A DNA stretch of 60,535 nucleotides from NCBI GenBank assembly GCA_023476545.1, contig JAMCYP010000021.1:1-60535 (forward strand), read 5' to 3'. The notes below the pieces were generated by a model. That model was not told the DNA's origin, did not search any database, and saw only the letters and a list, made by a program, of their open reading frames with translations. Positions 9,441 to 18,623 of this stretch are shown here, in pieces. The translations under genes and the position numbers were made by a program. Positions within the stretch are counted from its first letter, which is position 1; each line of letters opens with the position of its first letter. The DNA comes from Candidatus Marsarchaeota archaeon (GTDB taxonomy: Archaea > Micrarchaeota > Micrarchaeia > Micrarchaeales > CABMGC01).

Positions 9441-11327
9441 TTAAACAGCCCTGACAATAGGGTGGAGTACCTGCAGCATCTGTGCCAGCGCCCCGAACTC
9501 TCTCTGTTCAGTTTGGGCATCCCTGGCCTCAAGATAACTTTTTGTCCAGAATTCCATGCGCATTTTCTGCTTCGGAAGAGCTTGTTTCTCCAAATAACTT
9601 ACGAACATCTTGGGCGTGTCATTGCTGACTTCTGTGTTAAAGAGTATCATCTCCGCTCCTTTAGAGCGTGCCCTTCTGGTGAGGTCATTATGCACCATGC
9701 GAGAGAAGACCTCGGTCCTCATCCACGCATTTCCTTCTACGGAGTCCACCAAAAAGATTCCATTTTCAAGGTAGCAGATTGCGCAGCCGATGGCTTTCCC
9801 TCCTGCCTCATATCTGACCAATATAGTGGATGAGTCCTTTGTATAGTTCAGTATTCCCTCTTTGAGGCTAGACCCCAACGGCAAGAATGCGCATGCAAGC
9901 AAATCATGATCATTGTATGCAAGGGGATCCTTGGTCTCCGACGCTCTGACAAATCTCACCTGCGAGAGGCGCTTCATGCTCGCATCCAGCTTCTCTCCCA
10001 GAGCAGATATCTTGTCGTCTTCAAGAGCCATCAGCATGTCATAGGCCAGTCCATATTCGCCCCTATTGAAAGCAGCGACTACGTACTTCCTTATGCTCTG
10101 ATATCTTTGCTCAAAAGCAGTTTTCGCTTGGTTGATCTGTTTTGTTTTCGCGATCTGGGTGATATCCTCAACTGCGGACTTCTTAGTCGCGTTGCCCCTT
10201 GATCCTACTATTGCCCTTACCGTGCTTTTCATTACGCTTTCTGTGATGTCCTCGTCGCTACTGCCTGCAAAAAACATCTGATATACCTGTACGTGCTCCT
10301 CGCTTGATTTCGCATGCATACGTACTACCTGCTTTAGATCATTGTTGTTGAGAGTGGCCAATCCAATAACCTCATCAAGGGTGAGCTTCCTGCATATCTG
10401 TGGGTGCTCATTGCGTATCGAGGCGCTGGCGAGCGCCTCATAGTACTTGAGATTATCTTTAGTGGGCGTTGGCAGCGTTGTGTTGCTTTTCTCAAGCACC
10501 TTAGCGGAGCGCCCTCCCCCCATCTCTATTATTCTAGTTTTGTGCGAAAGAAAGTATACGTATACGGCAAAGAGATCGTTCTCTTTCTCCACTATCATGT
10601 CTAGCTTGTTGCTGAGTATGATGGGAAGGTATGGCATGAAATCGTAGTTCATAAAAAGCCTGTATCCTGCTTTGCTCATAAGCTGGGCTATCCTGTGAAT
10701 ACTCTCCTCTCTCTGCCCCCATCGTGCCGCATAAGTAAACGCCACTGCTATCTCCCCATAATGGTCGCCTCCATTCTGCACAAGTCCGGCAGCATAGTCG
10801 GCCGCGTTGTCATTTATGCGCATTGCCATGTTTCCTGCTACAAGAAGCGTCATGTCTCTGCGCGTCGCATCGTCTTTCGAGAACTGCAATCTTGCGTTTA
10901 TCTCTGCTACCTTCTCCAACGCATGAGAAGCGTGCAATACTGATTCTTGCTTTGTCCTGCCCTTCTTCGTGTTTTCCTGCAGGAAATCCTCGATGTCATA
11001 AACGAGAGGCCCGAGACCTTCTTCCGAAAGAGCGTCTGAAAGGTTGGAGATGTTAGTTATGAGCTGTACGTTCCTGCTCATTTTAGCTATGTCAAATAGT
11101 TGGATTAGCGCTTTGGTATCCCCCATACATATTAACCGGTCAATCAGCTTTATCACGCCAGTGTCTTTTAGGAATGATGCTATAGTTTCCCTGCCCTTTT
11201 TGGTTACGTTGACAGGCAGGTTTTCGCACAGCTTGTCAACCAACGTGTCCCGCGATTCACGGACATGCAGTGTGGAGGTTCCCCTCGCTGAATCCTCGCC
11301 CTTTGTGGTTGTTGCATTTAAAGACAT
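9441..11327 (-). CDS. hypothetical protein (628 aa), possible C-terminal GNAT-like alpha/beta domain
   Basis: Long uninterrupted ORF, visibly more AT-rich than its flanks; no family recognised. Confidence 0.7.
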   Translation of the reverse strand: MSLNATTTKGEDSARGTSTLHVRESRDTLVDKLCENLPVNVTKKGRETIASFLKDTGVIKLIDRLICMGDTKALIQLFDIAKMSRNVQLITNISNLSDALSEEGLGPLVYDIEDFLQENTKKGRTKQESVLHASHALEKVAEINARLQFSKDDATRRDMTLLVAGNMAMRINDNAADYAAGLVQNGGDHYGEIAVAFTYAARWGQREESIHRIAQLMSKAGYRLFMNYDFMPYLPIILSNKLDMIVEKENDLFAVYVYFLSHKTRIIEMGGGRSAKVLEKSNTTLPTPTKDNLKYYEALASASIRNEHPQICRKLTLDEVIGLATLNNNDLKQVVRMHAKSSEEHVQVYQMFFAGSSDEDITESVMKSTVRAIVGSRGNATKKSAVEDITQIAKTKQINQAKTAFEQRYQSIRKYVVAAFNRGEYGLAYDMLMALEDDKISALGEKLDASMKRLSQVRFVRASETKDPLAYNDHDLLACAFLPLGSSLKEGILNYTKDSSTILVRYEAGGKAIGCAICYLENGIFLVDSVEGNAWMRTEVFSRMVHNDLTRRARSKGAEMILFNTEVSNDTPKMFVSYLEKQALPKQKMRMEFWTKSYLEARDAQTEQREFGALAQMLQVLHPIVRAV

Positions 11328-11476
11328 GTCCTCGACACGTCTCTTCCGTTTTACCCTATTTATCTCTTGGCATGAAAAACAGAGAAGCTTGCGTCGAAAT
11401 GCCCAACCTTTAAATACCTTTATTGACCATCTCTGTACGGCGGTTTCTCTCGGAGAGCGCTTTTTTACTGGTTAGC

Positions 11477-11776
11477 ATGGCAGATTTGAACAACGACCTT
11501 AGGCTGGCTGTGGATACTGGAAGTGTTGTCCTCGGCACGCAGGAGACCGAGAAGGCAATAAGCGGCAACAAGGCTAAGATTGTCGTGATAACCAGCAAGG
11601 GCAAGGAGAAGGCCACCGACGACATAACGCACCTGTGCAACGTCGCAGGAATAAAGATGCTGATGTTCAAGGGCAGCTCGATGGACCTGGGTACCGTGTG
11701 CGGTAAGCCGTACTCGGTAAACAGCCTCGCCGTGCTCGCGCCCGGGAACTCGAAGATACTGGAAGAAAAATATTGA
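11477..11776 (+). CDS. rpl30e: 50S ribosomal protein L30e
   Basis: LRLAVDTGSVVLG, GSSMDLGTVCGKPY, PGNSKI. Confidence 0.96.
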   Translation: MADLNNDLRLAVDTGSVVLGTQETEKAISGNKAKIVVITSKGKEKATDDITHLCNVAGIKMLMFKGSSMDLGTVCGKPYSVNSLAVLAPGNSKILEEKY

Positions 11777-11784
11777 TGATTTTC

Positions 11785-12213
11785 ATGGCAAACGGAGAAT
11801 TCGCTGCGCTGCAGCTCAGGAAGAAGAGGAAGAAGGAGAGGCTCCTGAAGAAGTGGTGGAAGCGCAAGTACTTCAAGCTGAAGCAGAAGTACGACCCCGT
11901 GGGCACCGTTCCGATGGCGCGCGCCCTCGTGCTCCAGAAGTTCGTGCTTCAGCAGAAGCAGCCCCACTCTGGGCTCATCAAGTGCGTCCGCGTGCAGCTG
12001 ATAAAGAACGGAAAGGTAGTCGGCGCTTACGTGCCGTACGACGGCGCAGTCAACTTTATCGAGGAGCACGACGAGGTAATGATACAGGGGCTTGGCGGAT
12101 CGCAGCGAGGCCAGATGGGATGCATACCTGGACTAAAGTACAGGGTCATAGGCGTCAACGGAGCCGACCTGTTTCAGGTAGTCAAGGGCAAGCTGGAGAA
12201 GCCGAAGAGGTAG
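11785..12213 (+). CDS. rps12: 30S ribosomal protein S12 (uS12)
   Basis: MANGEFAA, KQPHS..KCVRVQLIKNGK, IEEHDEV; precedes S7. Confidence 0.95.
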   Translation: MANGEFAALQLRKKRKKERLLKKWWKRKYFKLKQKYDPVGTVPMARALVLQKFVLQQKQPHSGLIKCVRVQLIKNGKVVGAYVPYDGAVNFIEEHDEVMIQGLGGSQRGQMGCIPGLKYRVIGVNGADLFQVVKGKLEKPKR

Positions 12214-12219
12214 TGTTTT

Positions 12220-13023
12220 TTGCCGGAAGAGAATAAGCAGGAAAAGGAAGAGGAGAGGAAGGAAGAGACCCAGCCGCAGCAGAATGAGACCGCCGCCAAG
12301 ACGGAGCAGGCTCCGGAAGCTGAGGCGAAACCTGCCGCGGAAGAGAAGCCGGCGGCGAAGAAGTCAGAGAAGACCGCGACACGCAGGAAGTCCGTAAAGA
12401 AAGAGAATATCGCACTGGCAGAGTCGCTCCTCTTCGGCAAGTACGACCTGAAGGAGGTTACCGTCACGGACCCGAGCCTGGCCAACTACATAACTCTTGC
12501 CCCGAAGACGTATCCGAACAGCTACGGCAGGAGAAAGAACCGTGTCTACTACATAGCCCACGTCAACGTTGTCGAGAGGCTGATAAACAAGCTGATGCGA
12601 GGAGGAACGGGCCAGAAGATAGGAGGAAAGGTCATCAGGACCAAGGGCGCGCTCCAGGGAAAGAAGATGAAGGTTATGCACATAGTCGAGGACTCTTTCG
12701 AGGCGATAAGCAAGAAGACCGGCAAGAACCCGGTGCAGGTGCTTGTCAACGCGCTTGAGAACGCGGCGCCGATAGAGGACACCACGAGGATAAGGTACGG
12801 TGGCATTAACTACAACGTTGCCGTCGGCATAAGCGCAGCGAGGAGGCTAGACGTCGCCCTCAGGAACGTCGCGCTCTCATCGCTGATAGGCGCATTCAAG
12901 AGCAAGAAGAACCTCGCGGGCGCGCTTGCAGACGAGCTTATTCTGGCTGCGAACAAGGACCCTACGAGCTACGCGATCAAGAAGAAGGTAGAACTGGAGA
13001 GGATCGCTAGAAGCGCAAGGTAG
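12220..13023 (+). CDS. rps7: 30S ribosomal protein S7 (uS7) with N-terminal low-complexity extension
   Basis: LFGKYD, VERLINKLM, NPVQVLV.A.ENAAP.E, ELERIARSAR. Confidence 0.96.
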   Translation: MPEENKQEKEEERKEETQPQQNETAAKTEQAPEAEAKPAAEEKPAAKKSEKTATRRKSVKKENIALAESLLFGKYDLKEVTVTDPSLANYITLAPKTYPNSYGRRKNRVYYIAHVNVVERLINKLMRGGTGQKIGGKVIRTKGALQGKKMKVMHIVEDSFEAISKKTGKNPVQVLVNALENAAPIEDTTRIRYGGINYNVAVGISAARRLDVALRNVALSSLIGAFKSKKNLAGALADELILAANKDPTSYAIKKKVELERIARSAR

Positions 13024-13027
13024 TCGC

Positions 13028-15220
13028 ATGGTGAGGAAAGAGTTCGTAGCCGAGGAAGTCGCAAAGATAATGAAAGACGTGAAGCACATACGCAACGTCG
13101 CGATAGTCGCTCACGTCCACCACGGCAAGACCACGCTGACTGACTCGCTGCTCGCAAAGGCCGGAATCATCTCAAAGAGCGTAGCCGGCGACGTGCTGTG
13201 GACCAACTACGAAGCCATAGAACGCGACAGGAAGATGACCATAAAGTCGGCAAACATCTCCCTCTCGTTCAACTACGATGCGCACGACTACATAATCAAC
13301 CTGATCGACACCCCGGGCCACGTTGACTTTGGGTTCCACGTGACAAGAGCGATGCGAGCGGTAGACGGCGTGGTTGTCGTCGTCGACCCTGTCGAGGGTA
13401 TCATGCCGCAGACCGAGACCGTGGTGAGGCAGGCGCTCAAGGAGAAGGCAAAGCCCGTGCTGTTCATCAACAAGGTGGACAGGCTGCTAACCGAGCTCAA
13501 GCTCACGCAGCAGCAGACGTTCGACCGCCTGCTGAAGCTGATTGGCGAGGTGAACAAGCTCATAGACGGCTATTCGCCCGAAGAGTTCCAGGGCAAGTGG
13601 AGGGTCAGCGTAGAGGACGGCAGCGTCTGCATCGGCTCCGCAGCGGAGCGATGGGCAATCTCCAAGAGGATTATGGAGAAGTACAAGACCACGTTCAAGC
13701 AGATATTCGAGCTAACGGAGAAGAACGACCTGGCAAAGCTCCAGGAGCTCGCCCCCATAGACGAGGCTACGCTCACCATGATGATCGAGCACCTGCCCAA
13801 TCCGGCAGAGGCCCAGGCGTACCGTATCCCCCACCTCTGGCACGGAGACATGCAGAGCGAGGATGGAAAGGCGATGCTTGCCGTTGACCCAGACGCCAAG
13901 GCCAACGTCGTCGTATTTGGAATAAGCTACGATCCCCACGGCGGAGAAGTGGCGATAGGCAGGGTCTTCTCAGGCACGGTGAAGAAGGGCACAGAGGTGA
14001 ACGTGTCCGGCAGGCCGAACACTGAGAAGATACAGCAGGTCGGCCTCTACATGGGACCAGACAGGGTGCAGATAAACGAGGTCTCCGCGGGCAACATAGC
14101 TGCGATAGTTGGAATAAAGGACCTGCAGATAGGAGACACGCTGAGCGAGGGCGCAATCATGCCGTTCGAGCAGATAACCCACTACGCCAAGCCGGTCATA
14201 ACAAAGGCGGTCGAGGTGAAGGAGTCTAGGGACATGCCGAAGCTCATAGAGGCGCTGAGGGAGCTCTCGAAGACCGACCCGGGCATTGTCGTGTCGCTGA
14301 ACCAGGAGACGGGAGAGCACCTTGTGAGCGGAAACGGCGAGCTCCACCTGGAGGTGGTGGAGACCAAGCTGAAGGACGAGTTCAAGATACCGATAACCAC
14401 GAGCGAGCCGATAGTGCTGTACAAGGAGACTATAGAGAAGACTGTTGAAGACGTTGAGGGAAAGAGCCCCAACAGGCACTCCAAGTTTGAGGTTACGGTT
14501 ATGCCGCTCGAGAAGGGAGTGATCGAGCTCATAGAGAACGGCACGATAAGGGAGGGCCAGCCCAAGGGCAAGCAGTACCTTGAGGATCTTGTCGCGGCTG
14601 GAATGCCGAGAGAGGAGGCGAGAGGCATCTGGGACGTGGCCAACGTCAGCGTGCTCATAGACGCGACTCACGGAGTGCAGTACCTCAACGAGGTCGAGGA
14701 GCTGCTGATAGACGGATTCGAGGAGGCTGTGCGCGAAGGTCCTCTCGCAAAGGAGCGATGCTACGGAGTGAAGGTGCTGATAACCGACGCTACGATACAC
14801 GAGGACCCGGTGCACCGCGGACCAGCGCAGATAATGCCGGCGATGCGAAGGCCGATCTGGGCCGGCATGCTCGCAGCTGGAGTGGAGCTGCTCGAGCCGA
14901 AACAGATGTTTACGTTCAACATACCTCAGGAGTACATGTCAGACATAATCTCGCTGCTTCAGAGCAGGAGAGGACAGGTGCAGCAGGTGGAGCAGCAGGG
15001 AGAGGCGGTAACCATCATTGCTAAGCTGCCAGTGGCAGAGGTCATAAAGGGCTTCTCGAACGAGCTCAGGGGCGCCACCGCAGGCAGGGTCATATGGTAC
15101 TTCGAGTACGCGGGATACGAGAAGATGCCGGCGGAGCTGCAGGACAAGGTGGTCAGGGAGATAAGGAAGAGGAAGGGCCAGAAGGAAGAGCCTCCCACGC
15201 CGCAGGAGTTCTTGGATTAG
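13028..15220 (+). CDS. fusA: translation elongation factor aEF-2
   Basis: HGKTT, DTPGHVDF, NKVD, GELHLE, diphthamide loop HEDPVHRGPAQI. Confidence 0.97.
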   Translation: MVRKEFVAEEVAKIMKDVKHIRNVAIVAHVHHGKTTLTDSLLAKAGIISKSVAGDVLWTNYEAIERDRKMTIKSANISLSFNYDAHDYIINLIDTPGHVDFGFHVTRAMRAVDGVVVVVDPVEGIMPQTETVVRQALKEKAKPVLFINKVDRLLTELKLTQQQTFDRLLKLIGEVNKLIDGYSPEEFQGKWRVSVEDGSVCIGSAAERWAISKRIMEKYKTTFKQIFELTEKNDLAKLQELAPIDEATLTMMIEHLPNPAEAQAYRIPHLWHGDMQSEDGKAMLAVDPDAKANVVVFGISYDPHGGEVAIGRVFSGTVKKGTEVNVSGRPNTEKIQQVGLYMGPDRVQINEVSAGNIAAIVGIKDLQIGDTLSEGAIMPFEQITHYAKPVITKAVEVKESRDMPKLIEALRELSKTDPGIVVSLNQETGEHLVSGNGELHLEVVETKLKDEFKIPITTSEPIVLYKETIEKTVEDVEGKSPNRHSKFEVTVMPLEKGVIELIENGTIREGQPKGKQYLEDLVAAGMPREEARGIWDVANVSVLIDATHGVQYLNEVEELLIDGFEEAVREGPLAKERCYGVKVLITDATIHEDPVHRGPAQIMPAMRRPIWAGMLAAGVELLEPKQMFTFNIPQEYMSDIISLLQSRRGQVQQVEQQGEAVTIIAKLPVAEVIKGFSNELRGATAGRVIWYFEYAGYEKMPAELQDKVVREIRKRKGQKEEPPTPQEFLD

Positions 15221-15224
15221 CCGG

Positions 15225-16511
15225 CTAGTTGGTCAGCGCGGCAGATGTAGGCGCATGAGCATCGGCGCCGTTGTTCACATAGTCAGAGTCAATTATCTTC
15301 TGCAGAGCCCTTATTGCCTCGGCGTACGCCCATGCGAGTTCGCTTATAGTCTTTCCCCCGTTTCTCGCCAGCTCTCCGTCAAGGTCCTTGTCAGGAGACT
15401 GCATGTATTCGTCCTCCTGCTCCGGAAGCTTCTGCCCAAACTTGCTTATCACATAGTTCTGTATCTCTATCGCCTTGCCAACCTGCCCCCTGTCTGCGTA
15501 GTAGGCAGCATACTTCTCAGCAAGATGCACCCAGGGCCTGCCTCCGAAGTACCTGTCTCCGAGGAAGCGCCACGGCATGCGCCTCCCGTTGAAGAGGTCT
15601 TTCTCCACCCTGCCTATCGTCTTCTCCTCAACATCAGAGCCGAGCTCACTGTCGTGCAGCTTTAGATCTGTGAACACGTATATTGCCGATGCGTCTACGC
15701 CCATCTCCTCAGCCGGATGGTCCTCTTGCTTTCTCTTGCTGCTGTAGAGTACGCCGTCTCTGATGAAGTACCTCTTCATGTACTCGAGCGGGCCTCCGGA
15801 CTGCAGGCCGCGCTCCTTCTCCCTGACCTCGTGCTCGCTTATCGATCCTATCTCGCCAAGTCGGCACATGCGCTCCATGGCCCGGAACGCGGAGTGCACC
15901 GACGCTACATCATAGGAGTGGACAAGGTCCTGCTCTATCTCCCAGATGTTGGCGCATTCCGTGGTGTATATCCTTCCGAGGTAGTCTGCGAAGAGCACGC
16001 CGTGCCTGTTCAGGAACTCGCGCTCGTGCGTCTCCAGTCCGAGCAGGTCGGCCTTCTTCTCCAGAGACAGGAGAAGCAGCGGCAGCGAGTCGTGCTGCAT
16101 GAGCCAGCTCCTCTTCACGTCCAGCTGCTTCGTATCGTTAGCGTACATGCCCGTCCTTCCAAACCTAGCGTATATGTGATTCGATAGCAGGAAGAACGCG
16201 TCGTCGTTGAGCGGTGACGAGACCGTCTTCGCCAGCGTGCCAGTCAGCTTCTCCATCTCCTCGATGTTCCTTGCTATTATCCTGTTGGCCGCGGCCATCG
16301 CCTCCTGTCTGTATGCATCGTCTACGTCGCTCTTTCTTCCAGCAACTTCAAGAAGCGATATGGCTATGAATGACGAGTCCCTGAACCAGTGTGCGCCGTA
16401 GTGCTCGTACTCGCACGATGCGGAGATGTAGCCCGAGGGCTCTACTCTGGAGATTAGATGTTCGAGGTAGAGTCCCTGATAAGCCTTGTACGTGTCCACT
16501 AGCGCGTCCAT
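15225..16511 (-). CDS. glycoside hydrolase family 15 (glucoamylase/trehalase-like)
   Basis: WFRDS, QHD, IWE, LPEQ, LAWAYAE motifs; start uncertain (16511 or 16556). Confidence 0.8.
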   Translation of the reverse strand: MDALVDTYKAYQGLYLEHLISRVEPSGYISASCEYEHYGAHWFRDSSFIAISLLEVAGRKSDVDDAYRQEAMAAANRIIARNIEEMEKLTGTLAKTVSSPLNDDAFFLLSNHIYARFGRTGMYANDTKQLDVKRSWLMQHDSLPLLLLSLEKKADLLGLETHEREFLNRHGVLFADYLGRIYTTECANIWEIEQDLVHSYDVASVHSAFRAMERMCRLGEIGSISEHEVREKERGLQSGGPLEYMKRYFIRDGVLYSSKRKQEDHPAEEMGVDASAIYVFTDLKLHDSELGSDVEEKTIGRVEKDLFNGRRMPWRFLGDRYFGGRPWVHLAEKYAAYYADRGQVGKAIEIQNYVISKFGQKLPEQEDEYMQSPDKDLDGELARNGGKTISELAWAYAEAIRALQKIIDSDYVNNGADAHAPTSAALTN

Positions 16512-16710
16512 GGAGGTCTCTAAACTCAGATCCTGACTGATCGCCAAATTTCCCAAGCCTCCGACCCGGACAGATTTGTATGCACTTCAATGAAAAGCTA
16601 TTTATTCCGTTCGATAAGGTTCTGCAACCGCAAAACGTGCAGGCTTCGCCTGCAAACGAACCGTCAGAAACCAATAAAAACAGGAGGTGCCAAGTCGAAG
16701 TGGCAATTAT

Positions 16711-17544
16711 ATGGCACATAAGATGGGGCACAAGGAGGCAACGCTTCTCATACCGGGCAACATGACAGAGCCTGCGGCAAAAACAATCAGCGCTCACGTA
16801 AACGCGATCGAGAAGGACTTTGCTAGCGCGTATCTGCGCGCAAGCTTTGCTGCCACGGAGTCAGTGGAGGCAGACGCTGAAAGGAGGGAGAAGACCAAAC
16901 GTCTGATAAAGAACTCGGACGAGTTCCACATACTCCTAGACATGAACGACCCTGATACGCTCTTCTATCTTGGGGTGGCTTTCGCATACGGAAAGAAGAT
17001 CATGCCGATCGGCGAGATTGACCGCACTCCGAAAAAGTCTTTCCAAAATGTCATAATCGATATCTCACGCGAGTTTGAGAAGTCGGGATTGCTGAAGACT
17101 CCGGTCAACTATGGCAACAGGTGGACCGCGGGCACGCGAGCATACATATGCTGCCCTGTGAGGGACGCAGACAAGGAACAGGTGGCATTTCTAAAGGGCT
17201 TGGCTCTGGGAATGAGATTCGGAGAGATGAACGTGCACTACCCGGCGGAGAACACGGATCAGATAGACGACAGGGGCATAGACATCTGCAGACAGAACGG
17301 ATACGCCATAAAGGAGGCTGACATGGTCTTCCTCGTGTACGATCCAACGAGCAAGGGCACCAGGTTTGACCTGGGCATCGCCTTCGCCTTGGACAAGCCG
17401 CTGACACTGGTGAACGTTGACCAGGTAATCGCCGCGGAAAAGAATGGCGACAGGTTCGCTTCTTTCCTTCTTAACTGGGCGCAGCCAACGTTAAAGGACA
17501 CGCTCAAACTACAGGAAGCATCAAAGGTAGTGAAGAGGAAGTGA
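16711..17544 (+). CDS. protein with two tandem nucleoside 2-deoxyribosyltransferase-like domains
   Basis: Internal repeat IKNSDEFHI..DTLFYLGVAFAYGK / IKEADMVFL..GTRFDLGIAFALDKP; YICCPVR and VHYP. Confidence 0.65.
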   Translation: MAHKMGHKEATLLIPGNMTEPAAKTISAHVNAIEKDFASAYLRASFAATESVEADAERREKTKRLIKNSDEFHILLDMNDPDTLFYLGVAFAYGKKIMPIGEIDRTPKKSFQNVIIDISREFEKSGLLKTPVNYGNRWTAGTRAYICCPVRDADKEQVAFLKGLALGMRFGEMNVHYPAENTDQIDDRGIDICRQNGYAIKEADMVFLVYDPTSKGTRFDLGIAFALDKPLTLVNVDQVIAAEKNGDRFASFLLNWAQPTLKDTLKLQEASKVVKRK

Positions 17545-17650
17545 GTTAGATAGGGTTAAAAACCCTTTCTGGCAATGTATATTGTTATGTGGACCCAGAG
17601 GGTCTACTGTCGGTGCTAATTCTATCGCACCAATGAGATGAGGTGTCTAA

Positions 17651-18175
17651 ATGGCAAAAGGATACGAAAAATTCGAAGTACCAAAGGAGATGGCAGATAA
17701 GTCGCTGGAAGCGCTTCGCCTTGCGAAGCAGAGCGGCACGGTAAGGAAGGGCGTGAACGAGGTCACGAAGAGCGTAGAGCGAGGAATCGCGACGCTGGTA
17801 GTGATAGCGGGAGACGTGGAACCTGAGGAGGTGGTCATGCACATACCCACCATCTGCGAACAGAAGAGGATACCTTTTGTTTTTGTTCCTACAAAGCTCG
17901 ACCTTGGAAAGGCCGCGGGACTCGGAGTTCCCTGCGCAGCAGCGGCTGTCGAGAAGGCGGGCGAAGGCCAGGCTCAGCTGAAGGAGGTGGCGAGCTGGGC
18001 ATTGGGCAAGATGGGAAGCGGAGCAAAGCAGCAGTCAGCGCCCAAGGCTGAAGCGCCAAAACCCGAGTCGCCGAAGAAGGCAGCCCCTAAGAAGGAGAAG
18101 GAGGCGAAGAAGGCCGAACCGAAGCCAGAGGCTCCGAAGGAGGAACCCGCACCGGCTCCAGCCCCGGCACAGTGA
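17651..18175 (+). CDS. rpl7ae: 50S ribosomal protein L7Ae with Pro/Lys/Ala/Glu-rich tail
   Basis: RKGVNEVTKSVERG, IAGDVEPEEVVMHIP, LGKAAGL. Confidence 0.97.
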   Translation: MAKGYEKFEVPKEMADKSLEALRLAKQSGTVRKGVNEVTKSVERGIATLVVIAGDVEPEEVVMHIPTICEQKRIPFVFVPTKLDLGKAAGLGVPCAAAAVEKAGEGQAQLKEVASWALGKMGSGAKQQSAPKAEAPKPESPKKAAPKKEKEAKKAEPKPEAPKEEPAPAPAPAQ

Positions 18176-18193
18176 TCATAGGTTGATATTAGC

Positions 18194-18424
18194 ATGGCAG
18201 ATGAACAGCCCAAGCAGTTCGATGGCTTCCTGGCGGAGATAGTCGAGATACAGCCCCGAAAGACCGGAATGTTCGGCTCAATAATACAGGCGATGTGCAA
18301 GATCATGGAGGGCAAGGACAAGGGAAGGGTCATAAGGAGGAACCTCAGCGGAAGGGCCAAGGTCGGCGATATGATAAGGCTCGGAGACACGACCAGGGAG
18401 GACAAGCCCATACACATCAAGTGA
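18194..18424 (+). CDS. rps28e: 30S ribosomal protein S28e
   Basis: KTGMFG, EGKDKGRVIRRN, VGD; canonical L7Ae-S28e-L24e order. Confidence 0.9.
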   Translation: MADEQPKQFDGFLAEIVEIQPRKTGMFGSIIQAMCKIMEGKDKGRVIRRNLSGRAKVGDMIRLGDTTREDKPIHIK

Positions 18425-18428
18425 TTGC

Positions 18429-18605
18429 ATGAAGTGCGCCTATTGCACAAGGGAGATCGAGAAGGGATCCGGCATAATGTACGTCAGGAGAACCGGAGCG
18501 GTGCGATACTACTGCTCCGACCGCTGCTACGAGTTCGACGTGGTGCAGCGCAAGAAGCAGCGCACGAAGGAGATAAAGGAACTTACCAAAACAGCCAAAA
18601 AGTAG
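18429..18605 (+). CDS. rpl24e: 50S ribosomal protein L24e (absent from the ORF track, 58 aa)
   Basis: Manual translation MKCAYCTREIEKGSGIMYVRRTGAVRYYCSDRCYE...; CxxC...CxxxC zinc finger. Confidence 0.93.
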   Translation: MKCAYCTREIEKGSGIMYVRRTGAVRYYCSDRCYEFDVVQRKKQRTKEIKELTKTAKK

Positions 18606-18623
18606 AAGCGCCTAGTTCTTTTT

